Shown here: positions 12,801 through 22,100 of the stretch, piece after piece
Numbering within the stretch: position 1 is the stretch's first letter
Layout: the number at the start of each line of letters is the position of its first letter
Notes under the pieces: generated by a model
What the model was told of the DNA's origin: nothing
Databases searched by the model: none
What the model saw: only the letters and a program-made list of their open reading frames with translations
Translations under genes and position numbers: made by a program
From: Octopus bimaculoides
Taxonomy: Eukaryota
DNA: 35,894 nucleotides
Reading direction: 5' to 3'
Assembly (NCBI RefSeq): GCF_001194135.2
Contig: NC_069008.1
Span: 2,976,427 to 3,012,320, forward strand

Positions 12801-13139
12801 AACAACAAACAAGATGAAGACAAATATCCGTCAAATGTAAATAATGTACATAATTCCTCATCTCTTAAATATAGAACAGAATTTGATTTGTTTACAGTTT
12901 CATATAAAAACATGCTAATTTCTGAATGTTGACAACACCTGCAGTCATGCACAAAATGACAGCTTTCAAATCCTGTTTCCTGATTGGGTGAAAATGATTA
13001 CACTTTAAACCCCTATAACGTTTTAAAAACATTTTTCTGGAAAAAGTGAAATAACTCCAGCAATTCAGCTTGGAAAAGTATATTAATGTGCCAAATTTTT
13101 AAATTTTTGAAATGCTGGCAGCCAAACCAACTAGATCCT

Positions 13140-13350
13140 AGTGCATCTTTGTGTCTGTTTGCTCCCCGACCATTGGGTGACAACCAGTGTTGGTGTGCTT
13201 ACAACCCTGTAACATAGCAGCTCTGCAAAATGGATAGAATAAATCCTGAGCTCACAAAGTATAAATCTTGGTCGATTTCTTTAAAGAAAACCCTTTAAGG
13301 AGGTACTCCAGCATGGTCACAGTTAATTGACTGAAATGAGTAAAAGAATA
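13140..13350 (+). mobile_element. Family A-like SINE 3' half, degenerate
   Basis: GGTACTCCAGCATGGTCACAGT...GACTGAAATGAGTAAAAGAATA tail. Confidence 0.65.
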
Positions 13351-13444
13351 AAAGAATACACACACACACGTGTGCTGTTGTATCTTTGCCTGGATTTCAT
13401 TAGATAGCTGTAAACGAATGTCACTGTCATTCACTTCCAATCTT

Positions 13445-13602
13445 CCACAAGAACATGTCTGGCCTTGAGGGAATATTACCTAGCTTGGAAGCAAGCGAGG
13501 GTTGGCAACAGGATGGGCATCCAAGCCGTTGGGAAAATGCCTCAGAAAAATCCCAATCTGACGCATGCAAGCAAGGAAAAGTTGACATTAAATAACGATG
13601 AA
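13445..13602 (+). mobile_element. Divergent family B-like copy
   Basis: GGTTGGCAACAGGATGGGCATCC...CATGCAAGCAAGGAAAAGTTGACATTAAA, homologous to the B 3' end. Confidence 0.55.
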
Positions 13603-13682
13603 TATAAAAATGGGGCCACAACTAAATACCACCGGAATTTCTTAACAATGCTCCACCAATTCTGAGAATTTGCTGTTTATTT

Positions 13683-13878
13683 GAATCCTTTAGCATACAG
13701 ATTATTGTATCAAATGTAATATTTATTGATATTCTTTGCAATTAATCAGGTATTATTTTGTAGCTTTCAAACATTGACAATGTGATTGGTCATTTTCCGG
13801 GTTGCTGTGAGGCCCGATTCAGGCCACATTGAACATAAAATATGTAGAATGTTTGGGTCGGATATGGCCAGTTTAAAT
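13683..13878. mobile_element. Family F TTAA/piggyBac-type MITE, degenerate
   Basis: Homologous to 24221-24423 and, in reverse, to 17555-18064 and 18065-18262. Confidence 0.6.
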
Positions 13879-13887
13879 ATAATATTC

Positions 13888-14050
13888 ATCATCATTTACC
13901 ATCCACTTCCCATTCTGGCATGGGTCAGACAGTTCGAGTGAAACTGGTAAAACAGAGAGCTGCACCAGGTTCCAGTCTGATTTCGCATGGCTTCTACGGC
14001 TGGATGCCCTTCTTAACGCTGACCACTCCACAAGTGTAATAGGTACTTTT
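13888..14050 (-). mobile_element. Family B copy (3' part)
   Basis: (CAT)n tail followed by the reverse-complemented B core; runs into a gap. Confidence 0.75.
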
Positions 14051-14541
14051 NNNNNNNNNNNNNNNNNNNNNNNNNNNNNNNNNNNNNNNNNNNNNNNNNN
14101 NNNNNNNNNNNNNNNNNNNNNNNNNNNNNNNNNNNNNNNNNNNNNNNNNNNNNNNNNNNNNNNNNNNNNNNNNNNNNNNNNNNNNNNNNNNNNNNNNNNN
14201 NNNNNNNNNNNNNNNNNNNNNNNNNNNNNNNNNNNNNNNNNNNNNNNNNNNNNNNNNNNNNNNNNNNNNNNNNNNNNNNNNNNNNNNNNNNNNNNNNNNN
14301 NNNNNNNNNNNNNNNNNNNNNNNNNNNNNNNNNNNNNNNNNNNNNNNNNNNNNNNNNNNNNNNNNNNNNNNNNNNNNNNNNNNNNNNNNNNNNNNNNNNN
14401 NNNNNNNNNNNNNNNNNNNNNNNNNNNNNNNNNNNNNNNNNNNNNNNNNNNNNNNNNNNNNNNNNNNNNNNNNNNNNNNNNNNNNNNNNNNNNNNCCTTC
14501 AGTGTTTGGATTACTGTCAAATGCAATGCTTATTTATTCAT

Positions 14542-14921
14542 ACTACTCTTTTACTTGTTTCAGTCACTTGACTGTGGCCATGCTGGAGCACCGCCTTTAG
14601 TCGAGCAAATCAACTCCAGGACTTATTCTTTGTAAGCCTAATACTTATTCTATCGGTCTCTTTTGCCGAACCGCCAAGTTACGGGAACGTAAACACACCA
14701 GCATCGGTTGTCAAGCGATGCTGGAGGGACAAACACAGACACACAAACATACACACATATATATATATATATACATATATACAACGGGCTTCTTTCAGTT
14801 TCCTTCTACTAAATCCCCTCACAAGGCCTTTGGTCGGCCCGAGGCTATAGTAGAAGACACTTGCCCAAAGTGCCACACAGTGGGACTGAACCCAGAACCA
14901 TGTGATTCATAAGCAAGCTAC
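14542..14921 (-). mobile_element. Family A SINE, near full length
   Basis: Reverse complement of 9827-10217. Confidence 0.88.
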
Positions 14922-15386
14922 AGAGTCCATAAGGTGTATGTACTCATAAGAATATGTAAACGCATAAACAGTCTATAAACTTCTGAATGGATTTGGTAGA
15001 TGGAAACTGAAAGAAGCAGTGTCTCTTCTTTCCAGCCTTCTCTGAAAACATGTCTGGCAATGGGGTTAGAGTTGGTGATGGAATCTGCCTCAATGAATTC
15101 CATCTGACCCATGCAGGTATGGAAAATGGATAAATGGAAAAGCCCTGGTCTTTATTAGTGGTAAAGACCAGAGCTTTTCCCTTAAGTATCTTTAATCGTT
15201 AAAACCTGTATCAGAAGAGGATAAGAAAACTTTGAGCGGGGAGAGGAGGGGAAAAAAAAAAAAAAAAAAAAAACTCTCAACATAAATGGAAATGGACTTG
15301 AGGAGACATTAGACTTGGTGCCACCAACCTCCCATTAAGGTGATACAATAAAATTCTCTTAGTCTTACGTTGCAAAATAATTCACA

Positions 15387-15455
15387 TTAACCCTTCAGCA
15401 TTTAACCTACCCTACAATGTCATTCTGAATTTTTAAAATGGCTATGAGACAAGGA
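15387..15455. mobile_element. Family F MITE end fragment
   Basis: TTAA CCCTTCAGCATTTAA terminus, then CCTACCCTACAATGTCATTCT shared with other F copies. Confidence 0.5.
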
Positions 15456-15585
15456 GATACAAAAGTAGTGTGTGTGTAGTTTAGGTGAATCTGGGGAAAA
15501 AGAGAAAGAGGCATTTATGGGAACGATGGGCTAGATTCAGCTATCCAAGTTATATACAACTAATGAAAGACAGACAGCAATACAT

Positions 15586-15616
<31 letters not shown>

Positions 15617-16007
15617 AAAATTTTTCTTTTTTTTTAATGATAATAGTATCAAGTTTGATAGTGTTCCTAAAGTAGGTGGGGTTACACTGTACATATAGCA
15701 TTTGGTGTGGTATGTAGTTGAGACAGGGGAAATATAAAGAATGCAAGAGAAAGATACATACATATCTATATATATGCATATACATATATATATATATATA
15801 TCTATATACATGCATGTGTATGTATTTGTGTGTATATATATGTATATATATGCCCGTTTTTATATATATATATATATATGCATGTTTATATATATACTGA
15901 AAGACCAAAGCAAAGCAGAGAAAGCTGGTAAAAAGAGAGAAAGAGACGGTGGGAGATAGAGGCAGTACACGAAAAGGGACCAGGTCAAACTAGACCCACA
16001 CCAGATA

Positions 16008-16148
16008 CTACCGAATTGTAGACAATCGGATCATGCCTGGCACCAGGGCCTTATTGTTCTTCTCGGCCTTCTTCTTTTGCTCGGAGCCTGCAAAGCACTT
16101 CCAGAGCCGCAGGGTCTCATCTGCTCCAGCAGACACCACCGTCGACCC
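16008..16148 (-). CDS. CDC20: Cdc20 last coding exon, 5' part hidden in N-gap ([19 protein letters not shown]...GMIRLSTIR*)
   Basis: Manual translation of 47 codons ending at TAG 16010-16008; the ADETLRLW motif and IR tail are diagnostic. Confidence 0.94.
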   Translation of the reverse strand, partial: GSTVVSAGADETLRLWKCFAGSEQKKKAEKNNKALVPGMIRLSTIR

Positions 16149-19100
16149 NNNNNNNNNNNNNNNNNNNNNNNNNNNNNNNNNNNNNNNNNNNNNNNNNNNN
16201 NNNNNNNNNNNNNNNNNNNNNNNNNNNNNNNNNNNNNNNNNNNNNNNNNNNNNNNNNNNNNNNNNNNNNNNNNNNNNNNNNNNNNNNNNNNNNNNNNNNN
16301 NNNNNNNNNNNNNNNNNNNNNNNNNNNNNNNNNNNNNNNNNNNNNCAGCAGTTTATGAAGGGTGGGGGTGGTCTGAGGGGAAGTAGAATACATTGACCCT
16401 AGTGTATGACTGGTACTTATTGTTTTTTTTTTTGACCCTGAAAGAATGAAAGGATAAGTTGACCTTGGCTGAACACTGAGCAAGAAAAAATCTTGCAAAA
16501 CACTGTCTAGCACATTAATGCTCCTTATTTCTTTATTGTCCACAAGGGGCTAAACATAGGGGGAGACAAACAAGGGCAGACAAAGGGATTAAGTCGATTA
16601 CATCTACCCCAGTGCGTAACTGGTACTTATTAAATTGAACCTGAAAGGCAAAGTCGACCTCGGCGGAATTTGAACTCAGAACGTAGCAGCAGACGAAATA
16701 CCGCTAAGCATTTCGCCCGGTGTGCTAACGTTTCCGCCAGCTCGCCACTTTGAAGATGATGATAATAATAATAATGGTTTCAAATTTTGCCACAAGGGTA
16801 GCAGTTTTGTGGGAGGGGATGAGTCAATTACATCAACCCCAATGTTCAACTGGTACTTATTTTATCGACCCCAAAAGGATAAAAGGTAAAGTTGACTTTG
16901 GCGGAATTTGAACTCAGAACGTAGCGATGGGCGAAAATACGCTAATAATCCTTTCTACTACAGGCACAAGGCCCGAAATTTTGGGGGAGGGGACCAATCG
17001 ATTACATTGACCCCAGTGTTTCCTCCAAAACGATTCCTCAGTGGAATTTGAATTCAGCCCTGGTGAGCCAAATCAGACAGTGTATCTAAGACTACATTAT
17101 CTAATGGCTTCTTTCCTGATTCATTTATTTAACCCCGGGCCAGTCCAGATCCAACAGATCTATGATCGAAGGGATTCTGACTTATGACCATCACAACTTT
17201 TATTCAGATCTAACGTATCTAAATCTGTCTGGTGTGTGCATTCTTGTTGTTGTTTAACCCTTGGTCAGCTCTGATCCACCACACATATGTTTATAGGTGT
17301 TTGAGCCGTGACCATCCCATCCTGTATTCATACACAAAGTATCTAGTACTACATCCCGTGTCTATCCTAATTCGAAGATGCATACAAGGGACATAAACCA
17401 ATATCATACTGAACTAGAATTCTCTCCCTTAGCAACAATTGCTCTCGTCACCTCAACGGTCGTTATAATGCTGCAGGAGAGGTCAACACAGGGGTGGAAA
17501 AAGGAATTGGATTACGGGTCAAAGATCATACAGGTAAACAGACCCATCACTGCTTGGCCATGTCCAGCCCAAATATTCTACTTGTTTTATGTTCAAACTG
17601 GTCACATCCAACCTTTCACTTTACAATGTTATTTTAAAAATAAGCAATCACATCATAGTTTAAATATTGAGCACCTGTGCTCAGCGTCACCTTTCCGGCA
17701 CTTGTGCAAGGATTTTCGAGCGAGATCGTTGCCAGTGCCCCTGGACTGACCCTTGTGCGGGTGGCACATAAAATACACCATTATGAGCGTGGCCGTTGCC
17801 AGTACCTCCTGACTGGCCTTCATGCGGGTGACACGTAAAAGCACCCACTACACTCTCGGAGTGGTTGGTGTTAGGAAGGGCATCCAGCTGTAGATACTCT
17901 GCCAAATCAGATTGGAGCCTGGTGCAGCCATCTGGTTTCACCAGTCCTCAGTCAAATCGTCCAACCCATGCTAGCATGGAAAGCAGACGTTAAACGATGA
18001 TGATGATGAAGCTTTGAGATAATGCACGATTGCTTAAAAAAAAATTTTAATGCTAAAGGGTTACACTGGCGATATCCAGCCAAAATATTTTACATTTTAT
18101 ATTCAAACTGACCAGATCCAGCCTACCACACCTACCCACCAATACCATTCTAAAAATAAACAATTATATCGATGAAATCTCAAAGCTAAAAGATAATGCA
18201 GGATTAATTCAAAACAATGTGAATATAAATAAGCATTGCGTCTGACTGAGTAATCTTAACATTGTAGCAAGTCATATTAGCACTACTTTGCAATGGTAGC
18301 TTAGTTTAGTCGTTTTACCTAAACTAACCAATCACTGCTGGCCACAGAAGGATACATGCAGGCCGGGCAGTGAAGCTTTAATCGCTGGATAGGGACAATG
18401 CTAGGGTACCATCTTCAATAGATTTAGTCATGATCAATCAATGTGATCTTTAGTCCCAGCACAAATCTTAAATCTGTTGCATTATCAATTAATCATAAGG
18501 TTAAGTTCTCTTTTAGACATCAACGGATGACACTTTATTCGTCAACTGATAGCAAGATGATAAGTCAATACCCTAATCCCTCTAAGCCCTGTTAATCTGG
18601 TACCAATCCCTCTATGCCCTGTTAATCTGGTAATAACAACCACCACCACATCCCTTGGTAGTGGAGGTGGTTATTTTACCTGTCTTGTTTCAATATGAAT
18701 GGTTACTTCGAAATGGTCATCTGGTACCCCCCATCATCCCCACCAATCCCAGAAAATCCTACTACGACCCTCACCACGACAGTGTCCGATGCAATTGGTC
18801 ACTTACCTGTCAGTTCAGCTACTTTTGTCATGGACGGATACTTCCAGATGGTCAGCTGATGTTGTGCATAACCATGACCAGAGATCAGCTCCCTGTGCTC
18901 GGCCGACCATAACATAGCACAAACCTAGCAATAACAAAACAAACAAATTCAGTACTTAATTTAAGTATATTACAGGGAATGTGGCTTAGTGGTTAGGGCG
19001 TTGGACTCAGGATCGTAAGATAGTCGGTTCAATTCCTAGACCGGGTGACACATTGTGTTCTTGAGCAAAACACTTCTTGTATTGCTCCAGTCCAGTCTAC

Positions 19101-22100
19101 TGGCAAAAAGGAGTAATCCTGCAATGGACTGGTGTCCCATCCAGGTGGGGAATACACCAGAAAAACCTGGAAACTGGCCCTATAAGCCTGTGGCTCAAGA
19201 AATACCCTCTCTTTTACTTGTTTCAGTCATCTGACTGAGGCCATGCTGGAGCACCACCTTTAGTCGACCCCAGGACTTGTTCTTTGTAAGTCTAGTACTT
19301 ATTCTATATTGGCCTCTTTTGCCGTATCGCATAGTTATGGGGACGTAAACACATCAGCATCAGTTGTCAAGCGATNNNNNNNNNNNNNNNNNNNNNNNNN
19401 NNNNNNNNNNNNNNNNNNNNNNNNNNNNNNNNNNNNNNNNNNNNNNNNNNNNNNNNNNNNNNNNNNNNNNNNNNNNNNNNNNNNNNNNNNNNNNNNNNNN
19501 NNNNNNNNNNNNNNNNNNNNNNNNNNNNNNNNNNNNNNNNNNNNCGAAATGGGACAAGAACGCAAAACATCCAGACAGAAAATACAAAGAAAACAAGAAT
19601 GGGTCATTCGGAGTTTTTTTTTCCTCAGTCAAGTTCCAGATTATCTTTGCAATTTCCGCTGGTTACATATATATATATACGACGGGCTTCTTTCAGTTTC
19701 CCTCTACCAAATCCACTCATAAGGCTTTGGTTGGCCCAAGGCTATCGTCGAAGACACTTGCCCGAGGTGCCACGCAGTGGGACTGAACCTGGAACCATGT
19801 GGTTGGTAAGCAAGCTACTTACCACACAGCCACTCCTGCGCTCTTTTTTTAATTTGAGGATACACATGTGTGTGTGTGTGTGTGTATGAAACCTAGAGTT
19901 ATATATATATGATGGGCTTCTTTCAGTTTCCCTGGAGATGGCTTCTTGGGGCTACAAGCTACAGTAGCATCGACCCTTAAGGGCTAGCCCCATTTAGGTG
20001 GCAAGATCTGTATGGTGGATGCCTTGTGGTAGCAAGGTCTTTCTCTTTCATTGTCCCCTACCACATCAAGTGTAAATAATGTACATAATTCCTCTTCTCT
20101 TAAATATGGAACTGTATCAACCTGGATAACCTGTATAAGCCACTATCCTCTAGGATGGTGACAGATGGGGGAGGGGTCAGCTCACACTGACGCACACCAT
20201 CTTAGAACGATGAAAAAGCAAAAATGCCTGAATTAATCTCACCTGGGATTTGGTGTCAATACTCTGAACATTTGATCCCGTGTTACAGTTCCAGAATCGG
20301 ATGTGTCGGTCAGCTGTGCCTCCCCCACTTGCCAGCAGCCTTGGTTGCCATGGGCACCAGGCCAGCGCCTTCACCGCTGCCTGGTGGTAGGTGAGCGAGT
20401 AGAGTGGCTGTGACTGGGGTATCAAGCGGCCACTCTCTGCCGACCAGATGTTCAAAAGGTTATCGTTGCCACCACTGGCCAGGTACATGCCATCTGGTGA
20501 CCACCGCAGTCCGCACACCTCCTGTGTGTGTCCAGCAACATTACCCTGTAGGTGCTGTGCTACACGAACGTCGTGATGATGGATGTGTCCACTGCGCGAG
20601 CCACTAGAAGTCGAAATAGAGGAAAAGGAAAAACAAATTATTATTATTATTAGTTGTAACCCATTGCTATGCTGCCAGGTAACAGCCTGGTCAAGATGAA
20701 ATACATCCTTCAGCAGAAACCTACTACAATGATCACATTGATAAACTCAGTAACAACAGATTTCTTTTTTCTTGTAAAAATGTTAATTCTCTCTTTCATA
20801 CATACACACACACACACTCAACAAAAACCACCTGTTATTTTTTTAAAGTGAGTTGCATTGTCTATATGTTGAAAGACATACAAAAACACAAAGCAAAAAA
20901 AGGAACTATACCTATTATACATAGTTTTATTTGGTGTCTGTGTTGCATTGTGTTGACAGACTTGCGCTTAAAATTCCTGTGTTTTTAATCAAAACTTTTT
21001 AGTTACTAAGGTGACAACACTACCTATCTATATTTCACACACACACACACACACTCTCAACAGCAACTTTTTCTCCTCTCTTTCTTTCCTCTCTCTACAC
21101 AGGTTAATGATGACAGTTATCTGAGTAAATTTTTCATTAGGATTAATTGCAATAATGCTGGTACAATTCAATGGAAATATGCTAATGTAAGGGTTAACAT
21201 CCATTTTCCATGTTCACATGGGTTGGGCAGTTTGACACAAACTGGCAATGGTTTCTATTGTTGGATACCCTTCTTAATGCCAACCACTTCACAGAGTGTA
21301 CAGGGTGCTTTTAATGTGGAACTAGTAGCAGTGAGGTTACCAAGAAACTTGCAAGGACAAGCTCCCACAACTAGGGATAGGAAGTATCGAGGGAAGAAGT
21401 GTTTTGCATTAGAAGAGGGACATGGCTTCTTCATACGGAGAAGAGAGAAAGGAGAGAAAAATGAAAATGCGACAGAGAGGTAAGAAGGGCATAGGTTAAA
21501 CAAGTGCTCTGCAACCCTTTTACACTTGCAGTACACATATATTCTTCAGTTCTGTATTTAAGAGATGGGGAATTATTTACATTATTTACATTTGACGGAT
21601 ATTTGTCTTCGTCGTTTGTTATTAACACAACATTTCGGCTGATATACTCTCCAGCTTTCATCAGGTGTCTTGGGGAAATTTCGAACCTGGGTCCTCGTTC
21701 CTAAGGTACTTTTCAATGTTATTAATATTATTATTATTATTATTATTATTCAGGTCACTGCTTGGAATCAAACTCGGAATGTTGGGATTAGGAGCCCATG
21801 CTCTTAACCACTATGCCAAGTATCCGTCAAATGTAAATAATGTATTTATATTCTTTTCAAAATTCAGTGGCACACTTGAACTAAAAATGACTAAAAGAAC
21901 AGGGTAAAAAATTATTTGTGTTACATTGCAGCACACCTGGCATCGTCTCATGGCACACCAATGTGCCACAGCATGCTGGTTGTAGGGTACTGGGTTGAAC
22001 AACAAGCAAGGCAACGCAACGCAAGAAAGTATAAACAAACACTACAAAACCCCACTTACCTGCTGAGTATGTGAGTGTTCCACGAGAGAGCTCCGACACG

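Larger units (their letters stand above)
12312..12879 (+). mobile_element. Family D element on + strand (head 12312-12365 internally deleted; body 12707-12879), split by the B insertion
   Basis: Head TGGTGTAGTGGTT joined to CAATTCTAGGCACTGACCTG(AAT)n; body ends CTCTTAAATATAGAACAG. Confidence 0.82.

Noticed and set aside
17125-17325. Two degenerate ~80-bp similar units (TTAACCCC...GACCATC)
   Set aside because: Probably fragments of another dispersed repeat, but too diverged to define from this window.
18975-19050. tRNA-like sequence with A and B boxes
   Set aside because: Stems do not form a complete cloverleaf and it continues into SINE body; the same applies to the heads of families A, C and D. 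No true tRNA gene is supported.
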